Shown here: positions 1 to 12,900 of the stretch, in pieces
Position numbering within the stretch: the first letter of the stretch is position 1
Layout of the letters: the number at the start of each line of letters is the position of its first letter
Assembly: GCA_951406725.2 (NCBI GenBank)
Contig: OX597820.1
Coordinates: forward strand, 25,048,001-25,112,000
DNA length: 64,000 bases
Direction: 5' to 3'
Source of the DNA: Octopus vulgaris
Lineage: Eukaryota
Notes under the pieces: model-generated
What the model saw: only the letters and a program-made list of their open reading frames with translations
What the model was told of the DNA's origin: nothing
Database searches by the model: none
Position numbers and translations under genes: made by a program

Positions 1-651
1 TTAATTTCTAAAGAAAATGAAAGCAATTCTTATCAGTCATACAAAACAACATCCGTGCAGAAAATTTGAAAGAAATATAACGTTATTGACATATGTACAA
101 AGAGAGAGAAAGAGAAAGCTACATAGAGTGAAACGAAGAGGGGTGGGGGTTGCCAAAGAATAAAAGAGAACGAAAAAAAGAAAGAAAAAAAGAAACATAC
201 AAACATTTAAACAAGGACTCGACTTCTATTTCTAGCTAGTCAAGCCCTCCTTTATAGCTTATTTTTATTCTGTCCTTTCATAGAAAGATTGCCCAAACAT
301 TTGATAAAAAAATGAACAAAAGCGGTCATCGACCACTTTGACATACTTAACAAGGGCGTCGTAGAGATCCTATTGATTCGGTTTATATTCGGCGGTTTAC
401 TTTTCTTTCAACTTTCCCGGAAAATGGGACATTTTAGTATAAACATCCTTTTTCTGGGTAACAGTTAGTTTAACAGGAAAAAAAAAAAAAAAAAACGAAA
501 CCTTCGACCTTTAGGACGCAAGGTATATATTTCCAGACATAATTTTGGAATAAACAGCGTCCTCGACGCCGGGAAAATACAGTACACATGTACGCAAGCA
601 CGCAGACAGACAGGCATACAGACACATATACATAAGTATTCTCTTTTTTTA

Positions 652-1054
652 CTCTTTTTACTTGTTTCAGTCATTTGACTGCGGTCATGCTGGAGCACCG
701 CCTTTAATCGAGCAACTCGACCCCGGGACCTAAATTTTTAAGTAAGCCCAGTACTTATTCAATCGGTCTCTTTTGCCGAACCGCTAAGTTACGGGGACTT
801 AAACACACCACTATCGGTTGTCAAGCAATGCTAGGGGGACAAACACAGACACACAAACACATACACATACATATATATATATACATATATACGACGGGCT
901 TCTTTCAGTTTCCGTCTACCAAATCCACTCACAAGGCTTTGGTCGGCCCGAGGCTATAGTAGAAGACACTTGCCCAAGGTGCCACGCAGTGGGACTGAAC
1001 CCGGAACCATGTGGTTGGTAAACAAGCTACTTACCACACAGCCACTCCTACGCC
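652..1054 (-). mobile_element. tRNA-derived SINE family A (representative copy)
   Basis: Head GGCGTAGGAGTGGCTGTGTGGTAAG...GGTTCAGTCCC (A/B-box-like), central (TA)/(TG)n tract, tail ...GACTGAAACAAGTAAAAAGAG. Further copies near 1509-2290, 2293-2570, 5684-6058, 12628-13190, 13990-14342, 22206-22605, 28007-28220, 33962-34130, 38168-38596, 47700-48190, 53870-54310 and 58410-58568. Confidence 0.85.
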
Positions 1055-1657
1055 TATATATGTTATTTATTAACTTTTTTTCTTTTTTAGTTTAATTTGA
1101 GTTCTGCTTGAGAGATTTCAAACCGGTTTTGCTAACAAAGCTAACAAAAGTGAGTCGTTGAACTTGTCGATGTATACACCGAAGTGTATGCATCGATATC
1201 GACCCCGGGTGGTCATTGGGACTATTCAAGAGGCCGGCATCATTGTCTCCATGTCTGCTCACCTCGATTTCTCTCATAGCCACCATTTACTCCACGAACA
1301 CGAACTTAGTCCTCGGTAAAAGTTTCAGAGTGTAAGTTCAAATCATTTGAGCGCTGCTAAGTGTTTTTTTATATCGAGAATTTCTGGATTTCATCTGTTG
1401 GCTGGCTCGCTCTCTCTCTCTCTCTCTGTATGTATGTATGTATGTACATGTGTGTGTCGTTTGTACGTTTACTCTATTAATATATAAATGTTTATATATG
1501 TATATATAGTGGCTGTGTGGTAAGTATCTTGCTTACCAACCACATGGTTCCGGATTCAGTCCCATTGCGTGGCACCTTGGGCTAGTGTCTTCTACTATAG
1601 CCTAGGGCCAACCAAAGCCTTGTGAGTGGATTAGGTAGACGGAAACTGAAAGAAGCC

Positions 1658-1702
<45 letters not shown>

Positions 1703-1788
1703 TAGAGAGACAAAACCACTATTTTGCAAAACAAACAAGGAAAGACTTAATCAATACATAAAATTTTAATAAATAGTCAAAAAAACCG

Positions 1789-1831
1789 CCACTACAATCG
1801 TTTCTTGTCTTGATCGACAATCTTCAGGTGG
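1789..1831 (-). ncRNA. mirror copy of hammerhead H1
   Basis: Exact reverse complement of 1890-1932 in the other palindrome arm. Confidence 0.8.
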
Positions 1832-1889
1832 ACTTCAATAAGTCAATTTCAAATTATGACTTCATAATTTGAAATTGACTTATTGAAGT

Positions 1890-1932
1890 CCACCTGAAGA
1901 TTGTCGATCAAGACAAGAAACGATTGTAGTGG
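1890..1932 (+). ncRNA. minimal type-I hammerhead ribozyme motif (family H1)
   Basis: CCAC-CTGAAGA-TTGTC(gatcaa)GACAA-GAAA-CGATT-GTA-GTGG. Stem I CCAC/GTGG, intact core, GUA cleavage triplet, self-complementary stem III ACGAUUGU. Confidence 0.8.
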
Positions 1933-2108
1933 CGGTTTTTTTGACTATTTATTAAAATTTTATGTATTGATTAAGTCTTTCCTTGTTTGTTTTGCAAAAT
2001 AGTGGTTTTGTCTCTAATAATATTTTATAATATTTTACTATAAAATTGGATTTAATCCTAAATCTGATTTTTTTCCCTGTAAATTTGGATTTATTCCCTA
2101 ATATTTAT

Positions 2109-2148
<40 letters not shown>

Positions 2149-2388
2149 GTATGTGCGTGTATATGTTTGTGTCTGTTTGTCCTCCTAACATCGCTTGACA
2201 ACCGATGCTGGTGTGTTTACGTCCCCGTAACTTAGAGACCGATAGAATAATTACTAGGCTTACAAAGAATAAGTCCTGGTGTCGATTTGTGCGGGGGACG
2301 TAAACACACCAGCATCGGTTGTCAAGCGATGTTGGTGGGGGGACAAACACAGACACACAAATATATACACATGCATATATATATATGC

Positions 2389-2429
<41 letters not shown>

Positions 2430-4520
2430 TACGACGGGCTTCTTTCAGTTTCCGTCTACCAAGTCAACTCACAAGGCTTTGGTCGGCCCGAGGCTATAGT
2501 AGAAGACACTTGCCCAAGGTGCCGCGCAGTGGGACTAAACCCGGAACCATGTGGTTGGTAAGCAAGCTACTTTATTTCATAAAAATTTGCCATAAAGGCA
2601 TTACAAAGAGTAGACATTAATGAGGCGGATGATTATGATGAAAAATGATAAAGATGGGAGAAGGCAGAAGGCCCCCGCCGACCCTCTGCTTCTCTAAAAC
2701 ATTAGGTTTTTTTTAATACATACACCGAGGTAATGACCCTCTTACAATTCAAAAATACAATTTTTTGTCCATACAACCAAAATTACAGTTTATACACAAA
2801 TTAGAGGCAATAAACCTCTACACTTCCTCCCCCAGCAAATCTCGTGCAACTTGCAGACACTGTTGCAACCGAAATCTGGGGCTCCAATGGAGAATTCTGA
2901 AACTCTCGTTTTTACACGAGTCAATTATCATATTGCATTGCTTTCTTTCCAGCACCAGAGCAACCACCTGCGAAGGCCACTCTGGGCTTTCAATGCAATT
3001 CGCCTCCCTCAGGATCCGACTGTCCATTTCATTTTCGACAAAACAGTCGATAGCCCCTCCCTTGAGCTAGCAGAACATACATTCTTCACCACCTTCACTG
3101 GGAGGGGGCCTCAACTCCCTCACTCGGTGGCACACATCCCACTGGCGAGGTCATATTTTTCCCACCCCTCCGGTGGCACACATCCCACCGAAGGGGTTTC
3201 GGAACATGCCGTCCCCGGCAATGCCCCGTTTTTCTTTTTCTTGTTCTTTTTTCCTTTTACGACGGGAGAGTGGAGTTCCTCCAACATCTCCGAAGAACCC
3301 TCCCTCGCCACCGCCGTCTCAGGATCCATGGGTGGGCAACCATTGTTGTCCCCCTTACAGCCACTCCTGCGCCTATAAATGTAGATAACGTACACAATGT
3401 CACATTTTAAACTTGAGAAAAGTCTCGGATAGTTTTACTGATCCACTGAAAATCTAAGCTTCTCCAGACTGATAGATAAACAGGTTAGTGTTTGCTTTAA
3501 CACCCGGCCACTGAAGCAAAACCGAAAAAGTGTAAAAGTTGTAACAAAAAAAAAAGTGTATTAAATGAATATGAAAACAAAAATTTGCGCCAAAAGTTTT
3601 GCCAAAAAAATTTTTTCCGAAGAGGTAGAGAGAAGACTTTCGAAGAGAAAAAAAAATCAGAAAAAGGAAGGAAGGAAGGGAAGATAGATAGATAGATAAT
3701 GTAGGTAGGTAGGTAGGTAGGTATGTATGTATAGCCAGAGCATGTAATTTTAATAAGTACACCGTAATAATTTAAGTATTACTAGTGATCGTTACCAACG
3801 GGTAACGTAGTAACGACTACGGTGCCGGTAAAAAAAATATTTGCTAATTATGTACGTACCTTCAAAAGTTATTCCAAGAGAGTCTTTTTTTTAAGTGTTT
3901 TGCGTTGTCTCTGTTTACAAACTTGTACTTTCGCGCGCTTTTAATAAAAGTTTATTGGGTAAATTTCTGATTTAACATCCGCACGATTTCAACAAAGAAA
4001 AAAAAACGTGCGTATGTTACATACATTTACCTAATATAATAACAATAGATACATAAGCTGAGTGTATGTTTCGAGTCGCTTCGGCTGCAGAGTTTCCCTT
4101 TTTTGTGCTCATAAAGCATTATGTGCCTTAAATGCTCTTTGGACACGTCCATGTTAGAAAGTGTTTTAATCAAAGAAATTTTAATTCTATTATTCTGTAA
4201 AATAATATTTAATTAGTTTAGATGTACACAAGTGCATAAAAATAATCTTTAATTCCATTAAACATTCTAAAATACTATTAAATTTCATTCAATTTTAAAA
4301 AAAGGTAAAATTGGACAGAACTTATGGGATGACCTGATAAGTTTGTAAAAAAAAAATTTTTAAGTGTAAATGAAGTCGTTCAGATGTGGGGTCAAGTGGC
4401 TTCGTTCCATTTCATTATTCATTTTTTCCATTCGTTTGTCTTTTTTTTTTCGTCCCCACTTATATGTTTGTATTTGTCCCTTTGTGGGTAATAAAGAAAT
4501 CGTTGTTACAATAATCTGAA

Positions 4521-5523
4521 ATGGAACTGTCAAAGCGCGATATTCGAGCAATTTTGCTATTCAACTTCAGAAAAGGACGTAAAGCAACTAAAACTGCTCG
4601 CGATATCAATGAAAAAACATTTGATGAGGAAATGACCAGTGAGTGGTCAGCTCGAAAATGGTTTAAATGATTTTGCAGTGGAGACCTGAGCCTTGAAGGT
4701 CGTGAGCGTAATGGACGCCCATCTGTCATCGATGACGGTCAATTAAAGACCGTTTTTGAGAAAGATCCATGTAAAACCACTCGAGAACTGACAAAAGAAC
4801 TTCAAGTTAACCAGAAAACTACCCGCAATTATTTGCATGCGATCGGAAAATCAAAAAAGCTCGACCAAACGATTTGATGAAAATCAGAAAATGTGCAGCT
4901 ATGAAATTTGCTCGTTGCTTCTTCTCTGTAACCAGACCAATCCAGTTTTCGACTGTATTGTAACTTGCGATGAAGAGTTGATTCTGTATAATAATAAAAA
5001 AGATAAACGTTCTTCGCTGTGGTTGGGCTAACATGAAGCACCGAAAACCTTCCCTAAACCCGAGTTCTTCAAAAATAGGGTTATAGTGACTCATCCACTA
5101 TAACTTCTTAAAACCCGGGAAAACCATTACTGCTGAAACATATTCTCATGAAATTGGCAAAATGAACGAAAAATTGGCACTCCTCCGTCCCAGACTTGTC
5201 AACAGAAGAGGGCCAATCATTCTTCATGACAATGCTTGACCACAAGTTTCACTAATGACGCTCCAGAAGTTAAGGGAACTTGGTTACGAAGTTCTTCCCC
5301 ACCCAACTTATTCCTCAGACCTTTCTCCTACTGACTACCACTTTTTCAAGCACATTGATGGTTTCCTGTGTAAAATGGAGTTCAAAATCGAACCGATGCT
5401 GAAAGTGCGTTCAAAGAGTTGATCAGCTACAAAACTCCATATTTTTATGTTACAAGAGTAAACAAACGCGTAACTCGTTGGCAAAAATGTGTTAATTGTA
5501 ATGGTACTTAATTTGATGAATAA
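4521..5523 (+). pseudogene. degenerate mariner (DD34D) transposase
   Basis: MELSKRDIRAILLFNFRKG...GRP, IVTCDE, ILHDNA and HPTYSSDLSPTDYHFF motifs, broken by stops and frameshifts. Confidence 0.9.
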
Positions 5524-5854
5524 AATTTCCGCATTGTTGAAATATATTGTGATGAATTTCATGTTTCAAAACGTTGCTTACTTTTTACTAAGCCTGATAT
5601 ATATAGAATGAGACGAAACGTATGAAGAGCCACTTAGACATCTCTCTCTCTCTCTCTTTCACACACACACACGTACTCTTTTAACCGTGGCCATGCTGGA
5701 GCACTGCATTTAGTCGAGAAAATCGACCCCAGGACTTATTCTTTGTAAGCCTAGTACCTATTCTATCAGTTTCTTTTGCCAAACCGCTAAGTTACGGGGA
5801 CGCAAACACACCAGCATCGGTTGTCAAGCCGATTGTTGGGGGGGACAAACACAG

Positions 5855-5889
<35 letters not shown>

Positions 5890-6357
5890 CATATATCCGA
5901 CGGGCTTCTTTAAGTTTCCGTCTAACAAACCCACTCACAAAAGACTTGGTCGGACCGAGGCTATAGTAGAAGACACTTGCTCAAGGTACCACACAGTGGG
6001 ACTGAACCCGGAACCATGTGGTTGATAAGCAAGCTACATACCACACAGTCACTCCTACGTTTACATATGCATACAAAAAAGATGTATGCATATGTATTTA
6101 TGTATATACGTATACATGACACTCTGCCCCTCTTTCACACATACACACGACCATTCCATATACACGTACAAAATTCGTCACTAAAAGTATAGGGGGAAAA
6201 ATTACATTCAAGTTACACTGCAACCATCTAGTGTCGTCTCGTAGCACACCAGTGTGCCGCAGCATACTTATTGCGGAGCACTGGTCTAGTTTAAGATTAA
6301 ACTATGCGTTTCTTTTCATTGAAAGAAAATTAACTAAATCCATTTTTTGAAATAAAG

Positions 6358-6876
6358 GGTGGAATTCTGGTTTAAACACCCCCATATAATCCCTCATAAC
6401 TTTTCTTTACTTTTTGGAATTTTCAAAACATTTTAGCGAATTTGTGTTCTATGCACGGGAATTCATAGAATTATGCAAAAGAAAATTGTGTGATTTAAGG
6501 GCGATTTAATAGTTTTTAGCACATCTCACGACCACCTGATACCTTCCGCGTTTCTTTGTCACTCTGACATATATTGATGTTTTTCAATAATTTTCTCTTC
6601 ATAGAATCATGATGCACCTAAGGGTGGCCCACAGTTGGGATTCAAGCAAAAATTCGGACTATCTGGATTTTAAACTAATTTAAATATTTTTAAAAATCAA
6701 GAAAGAGTGGAGCTTATAGGATTTAGTGAGGTGGTTTACATAATTTTTTTAAAAATTGTTTTGCATAATCGTATGAACTCCCATGAGTAGAATAGAAATA
6801 CGCAAAAAGTTTCTGAAAATTCAAAAAACATTTAAATGTTGCGTGTTAAATCGGGAGCTTAAACCAGAATTCTACC
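6358..6876. mobile_element. MITE with long imperfect terminal inverted repeats (TIRs)
   Basis: GGTGGAATTCTGGTTTAA / TTAAACCAGAATTCTACC; inverted similarity extends over 100 bp inward. Confidence 0.7.
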
Positions 6877-6879
6877 AAA

Positions 6880-8112
6880 ACAACAATTCCCAATCCGGTT
6901 TGGTGCTCCTTGGGCTCCCCAATCACTGACCTTGCCTTTGAGTCCATCTTCCAGTCGAAGGTGGCTGCCCCTGAGCAACTGCTGAAAATTACTGAAGCAA
7001 TCGAACCCCATTAAGGTTTTTTCATACTTAGGAATTACCTCTCGATCCCTAAGCTTCTATATTTGCTCAGAGCCAGTTCATCTTACCGATTCCCATCGTG
7101 CCTCCAATGCTTTGACAACCTAATCTTTGAGAGACTGAAATGATTGGTCAATGTCAGACTCTCTCCAGTGTCCCGCGATCAGGCTGCATTGCCCAAGCGA
7201 TTTGGAGGTCTTGGTCTTCTTAAGTGTTCGTCCGTCTCTCTCTCCTGCTTCCTTTCCTCCACTCACGCCTGCTCCACTCTGGTGAGCAACATCCTCTCCT
7301 CTCCAACACTGGAGGGAATTGGGCTTCTCTGCTCCTGAGAAGGTGGAGGACTGTGGGAGTCAGAGAGCTTGAGACAATATAATTTCGAAGGCCACCTTCG
7401 ACTCCCTCTTCATCTAGTCGGACCAGTTCTTAAGATGCCGCTTACTGTCTGCTAGCGCCAAACACTCAGTGAGTGGCTAATGTTGATGGCCTACTCAGCT
7501 TGGACGAACTTCGTGTCTCCATTGCCCTCAGAGTGGGAGGTGACGTATGCACGGGTTTGATCTGTCGTTGTGGCCGGCTCCTCGACTCCACAGGCCTCCA
7601 TGGTCTTCCTTGCTACCTGAATGCTAGTCGCTTCGCGCGTCATACGGAGTTGAACCTGATACTCAAGAGGAGCTTGGTCCGGGCAAACATTTCCTCCATC
7701 TTGGAACCCATCTGGATTGTCCAGATGTGATGGGAAAAGACCTGACGGCCTCACCCTTTGCCCCTGGTCACGAAGCAGATGCCTTGTCTGGGATGTCACA
7801 GTTAGCGATTCCTTTGCTTCTTCTCACATCCTAGATGCTGTGGTCAGGGTGAGATCCACAACTTCTGCGGCCGAGCGGAACAAAATCCTAAAATACCGCG
7901 ATCTGCCGGCCAACTACAGATTCCATCCTGTGGCGTTCGAGATGTTTGGTGGGGTCGAACCACTTACTGCGAGATTCCTGTCTTCACTGACAACTCGCCT
8001 AGCAGAGGTAACTGGCGAGGCTCGTGAGGATGCTTGGCTGTTCCGGCGCATCAGCCTCGCCATCACCCGCGGCATCGCTGCAAGCGTGCTGGCGTGCCTG
8101 AATAGCCATTAG
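6880..8112 (+). mobile_element. 3' part of a CRE-like non-LTR retrotransposon with a restriction-like endonuclease, degenerate
   Basis: LPKRFGGLG, CRCG..GLHGLPC, RHTELN, RPDGLT..WDVTV, KILKY and FHPVAFE motifs. Confidence 0.8.
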
Positions 8113-8459
8113 AGAAATTTTCCAGCGCCCCCAACTTTTCAAATTAAGCTGGTGAATTGTTTGGGGTTTTTCTCATTTCTCTTTTTCCTTTCTTTCTTCT
8201 TTTCTTTTTCATTTTCAATTTTTTTCAATTGTGTTCTCTGTTTTGTCCAAATTTCTAATTTAATTTTGTAAAACTATTGAGCATTGTCGAAATAAAAATA
8301 ATGTGTACAGTAGGTTAATATAAGTACTAAAAATAATATTAGCCAAAAGGATGCAAATTAGGTCCACGTTTATTGACATCTCAATGAAACATAATTTCAA
8401 ACTCTTAAAACAATATCTGGTTAACATAATTGCTTGACTATTAATAGTTCTACAGATAA

Positions 8460-8931
8460 AGCGGCAAGTTGGCAGAATTGTTAGTACGTCGGGCAAAAAT
8501 ACTTTTCTACTCTAGGTACAGGGCCCAGAATTTTGGGTGAGGAGGCCACTCGATTAGATCGACCGTGTACACAACTGGTGATTAATTTATCGATCCCGAA
8601 AGGATGAATGACAAAGTTGACCTCGGCGGAATTTGAACTCAGAACATAAAGACAGATGAACTACCGTTAAGCATTCCGCCCGGCGTGCTAACGTTTCTTA
8701 TTTCTTTATTGCCCACAAGGGGCTAAACATAGAGGGGACAAACAAGGACAGACAAAGGGATTAAGTCGATTACATCAACCCCAGTGCGTAACTTGTACTT
8801 AATTTATCGACTCCGAAAGGATGAAAGGCAAAGTCGACCTCGGCGAAATTTGAACTCAGAACGTAATGGCAGACGAACTGTCTCTAAGCATTTCGCCCGG
8901 CGAGCTAACGTTTCTGCTAGAACGCCGCCTT
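8460..8931. mobile_element. SINE family B cluster
   Basis: Consensus GGCGAGCTGGCAGAA..GAGTTCAAATTCCGCCGAGGTCGACTTTGCCTTTCATCCTTTCGGGGTCGATAAATTAAGTACC. Further copies near 16395-17220, 29830-30272, 41770-41930, 54340-55145, 61495-61725, 62120-62340 and 63660-64000. Confidence 0.8.
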
Positions 8932-9212
8932 ACGTCAGGTGAAAATACTAAACTGCATTTCGTCTTTATGTTCTAAGTTCAAATGCCACCGAGGTTGATT
9001 TACCTTTTATCCTTTCGGAGTCTTTCAAATAACGGTATGTGTAACACTATCATACATAATTTGTGGACAATATATTTTTTGCTTTATTACTTTGTTTAAA
9101 GTATTTAAAATGTGACATTTTTCCTTGTTAAAATCGTGACCCTTTTTTTCTGCAATTTTTTTTCCGGACACCTTAAGTAAAATATGTCCCCACAAAAATA
9201 AAATACAGATTA

Positions 9213-9977
9213 AGATCTCTTCCTAGTTAACTAAACACTTTAAAACTTCGTATACTGGTAGAATGTGTCAAAATAAAACATTTTTTTCTCTTGGCTTTCT
9301 TGATAAAATTGTAATTCGTTTGTTTAACGTAGTTTAATTTTTCGAATTTTAACCAATGAATCGCCTCTAATTGAGCTAAAATCATTTGCTGCGTCTAAAA
9401 CTGAGACAACATCCTGTCACTAACCCTAAACCTCCCCCTAACCCTAACCTTAATTTTATTTTCTTAATTGTTAAGTTAATTTAATTGTTACGCGTGTAAA
9501 AAAAAAACGAAAGTAATGGAAAATAATTTAAACAATTAACAAACAAAATAATTCTATAATTTTATACACATGCATCCCGTAACACACGCTTTCCGTATAC
9601 GTACAGAAAGCGTGAATATAAAATTATAGAATTATTTTGTTTATTAATTGTTTAAATTATTTTCCATTGCTTTCGTTTTTTTTTTTTACACGCGTAACAA
9701 TTAAGAAAAAAAATTAGGGTTAGGGGAGGTTTAGGGTTAATGACAGAATGTTGTCTCAGTTTTAGACGCAGTTTTAGCTCAATGGAGGTAATCGATTGGT
9801 TAAAATTGCCGAAATGCTCGAAATTTCAGACGAAATATCTTACAAACTATAGAATTTTCTCAATAAAACCAAGAGAAAATGATGTTTTATAAACACATTC
9901 TACCAGTATACGAAGTTTAAAACTTTTTAGTTACCTAGAAATTATGTTACAAAGTGCCGTTCAAAAGGAAAAGATCC
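9213..9977. mobile_element. 765-bp foldback MITE with an 8-bp target-site duplication (TSD)
   Basis: TSD ACAGATTA at 9205-9212 and 9978-9985; termini AGATCTCTTCCT / AGGAAAAGATCC; nearly the whole element is an inverted repeat. Confidence 0.85.
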
Positions 9978-12900
9978 ACAGATTATTTAATAGTTAACTT
10001 TTTAAGCATTTAAATATTCCTTCCTCTTATTCGGCTATCCAAGCCTAATTTTGTAATTACTCATTCATTGTCTAGCGGGTATATGAACTTAAAACAAAAG
10101 CTCACTTTTTCAACACCCAGTATTATTATACAACATTAGTCAAGAATGAGTGTGTGTTGGACTACTCATCTCTGTCGAGCAGATAAAAAGACGTCACACA
10201 ATCGCTCATGATGTATGTTACAGACATTAGCCGAAAGGTTGCCGAAATAAGTACCAGTTGAGCACTGTGATCAATGTAATCTTGTGCCTAAAGTAGAAAG
10301 AATTATCAGTCTCACAGATACATGAACAGAAAACCAAGGATGAGCCGCTGTATGGCGATCTTTTCGTTTTGTTGTTCATTTAAGATCGGCAGTTGTCTCC
10401 CTTCCAACTATAATTGCTGCAGGGTTAACGGGTATCCTCGGTACTCGTTAATTATAATATTGCATGCTATAGTGCCATTAGGTAGGAGGGGGCACCTAGG
10501 TGGTGACGTTAGAATATATAAGTTGACTGAGTCATTGAAGGGCAGTCCTGTATCAGTTTGGCTGGATGATAGAAGTTGTCATAATGATTAGGCTAGAATC
10601 GGGCTCGGATCTTGTTAAATTTCTTCCGACCACTTGAAGATTTTTCATATTTTCACCAGATAATTTTCAAAAAGTGTAGATTTGTTGTAGTATTGCGTGC
10701 TAATGATGAAAATTGTATTCATTTTTTAAAAATTAATAATAAAAAGTTATATGCATTTAAACTTAAGTAATTTCAGCTGATTGAAGCCTCGATTGCCGAA
10801 TATACTGTAAGCTGTGACCGTCTAGCCCCATGGGAACAGTACACATCGTGAAAACCTTTAAGTGGATTCTGGACTTCCTAAAAAGAGCAGCCAAATCGTT
10901 AAAGTACACCACAATGTCAAAAGAAAATAAAAAGGACGACATTGTGTGCCACATAAAACTTTGAACGAAATGGGCCCCAAGATCGATATTAATTTGTTTG
11001 GGGTTTTTTTTCAATTCGTTCTCTGTTTTGTCCAGTTTTCTAATTTAATTTTGTAAAACTATTCAGCATTATCGAAATAAAAATAATGAGTACAGCAGGT
11101 TGATGTAAGTACTAAAAATAATACCAGCCAAAAGGATGGAAATTAGGCCCATAATTATTGACATCATTTCAAACTCTTAAAACAATAACTGGTTAAATTA
11201 ATTGCTTGACTATTAATAGTTCTACAGATAAAACGGCAAGCTGGCAGAATTGTTAGCACGTCGGGTTGAAAATTTACCCTCGAGCAGATAAAAGACGTTA
11301 CACAATCGCTCATGATGATACAGACATTAACCGAAAGGTTGCCGAAATAAGTACCAGTTGAGCACTGTGATCAATGTAATCGAGTAGCCTTTCCCCGCAA
11401 AATTTCAGGTTTCGTGCCTAAAGTAGAAAGAATTATTAGTCTCACAGATACATGAACCGAAAACCAAGGATGAGCCGCTGTATGGCGATCTTCTTGTTTT
11501 GTTGTTCGGTTAAGATCGGCAGTTTTCTCCCTTCCAACTATGATTGCTGCAGGGTTAACGGGTATCCTTGGTACTCGTTAATTATAATATTGCATGCTAT
11601 AGTACCATTAGGTAGGAGGGGGCACTTAGGTGGTGGCGTTAGAATATATAAGTTGACAGAGTCATTGAGGGGCAGTCCTGTATCAGTCAGGCTGGATGGT
11701 AGAAGTTGTCATAGTGATTAGGCTAGAAGCGGGCTTGGATCTTGTTAAATTTGTAATGATGAAAATTGTATTCATTTTTTAAAAATTAATAATAAGTTAT
11801 ATGCATTTAAAATTAACTAATTTCAGCTGATTGAAGCCTCTATTGCCGAATACTGTCTAGCCCCATGGGAACAGTATACATCGTGAAAACCTTTAAGTGG
11901 ATTCCGAACTTGCTAAAAAGAGCAGCCAAATCTTTAAAGTACACCACAATGTCAAAAGAAAATAAAAAGGACGACATATTGTGCAACATCTAAACTTCGA
12001 AATTAAATTTACTTTCTCTTTTCTTATGATAAAATTGTAAATTTTAAAAATAGAAACAGATGGTCGCGGAGGCAACGGTGGTGATGGAGAAAAAAAATTG
12101 GTGGCCAATGTTATTGTACGGTAGGATAGATGGTGAGGGTAGTGGTGGTGGTGATGATGTTGGTATTGACCGTATTCATTCACCATCACCAAACCTTGTA
12201 AAAAAAATCTTACCATTAGGGAAAGAACATTTAATATCACTCTGCAGAGTCTTGTGCTTTAAGAATCTTAAAGTACTTACTTGCAACGGGTGTTGAAAAA
12301 GAGAGCTTTTGTTTTAAGTTCATAGACCCGCTAGACAATGCATGAGTAATTACAAAATTAGGATTGGATAGCCGAATAAGCGAAAGGAATATTTATAGGC
12401 TTAAAAGGTAACTATTAACTAATCTGTATTTTATTTTTGTGGGGACATATTTACTTAAGGTGTCCGGAAAAAAAATTTTACAGAAAATAAGGGTCACGAT
12501 TTTAACAAAGAAAAATGTCACATTTTAAATACTTTAAACAAAGTAATAAAGCAAAAAATATAGTGGTATTTTTACCAATACAGGGTCCACAAATTATGTA
12601 TGATAGTGTTAGACATACCCTTAATCCTTTACTTGTTGCAGTCATTAGACTGCGGCCATGCTGGGGCACCACGTTGAAGGTTTTTAGTCGAGCGAATCAA
12701 CACAATACTTATTTACCTGGTATTTATTCTATTGGCTGTTTTGCCAAACCGCTAAGTTAGGGGGCAGTGTAAACATATCAACAAACTGTGGTGGGGTACA
12801 AACACACAAACATACACACACGCACACACATTTATACGACGGGCTTCTTTTAATTTCCGTCTACCAAATCCACTCGCAAAGATCTGATCGACCCGAAGAC

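Larger units (their letters stand above)
1695..2110. mobile_element. palindromic hammerhead-bearing element (Penelope pLTR- or retrozyme-like) inserted in the (TA)n tract of a SINE
   Basis: 154-bp perfect arms 1706-1859 and 1862-2015 plus a ~90-bp unique tail. (TA)n on both sides; the host SINE continues on both sides. Confidence 0.7.
8226..12618. repeat. composite local duplication and inversion
   Basis: Direct repeats 8226-8495 ~ 11015-11265 and 10176-10965 ~ 11280-11995; inverted repeat 9037-10118 (excluding the MITE) ~ 12287-12618. Confidence 0.85.

Noticed and set aside
10322-11721. Two similar 89-aa ORFs (MNRKPRMSR...)
   Set aside because: By-product of the local direct duplication; no motif or splice support.
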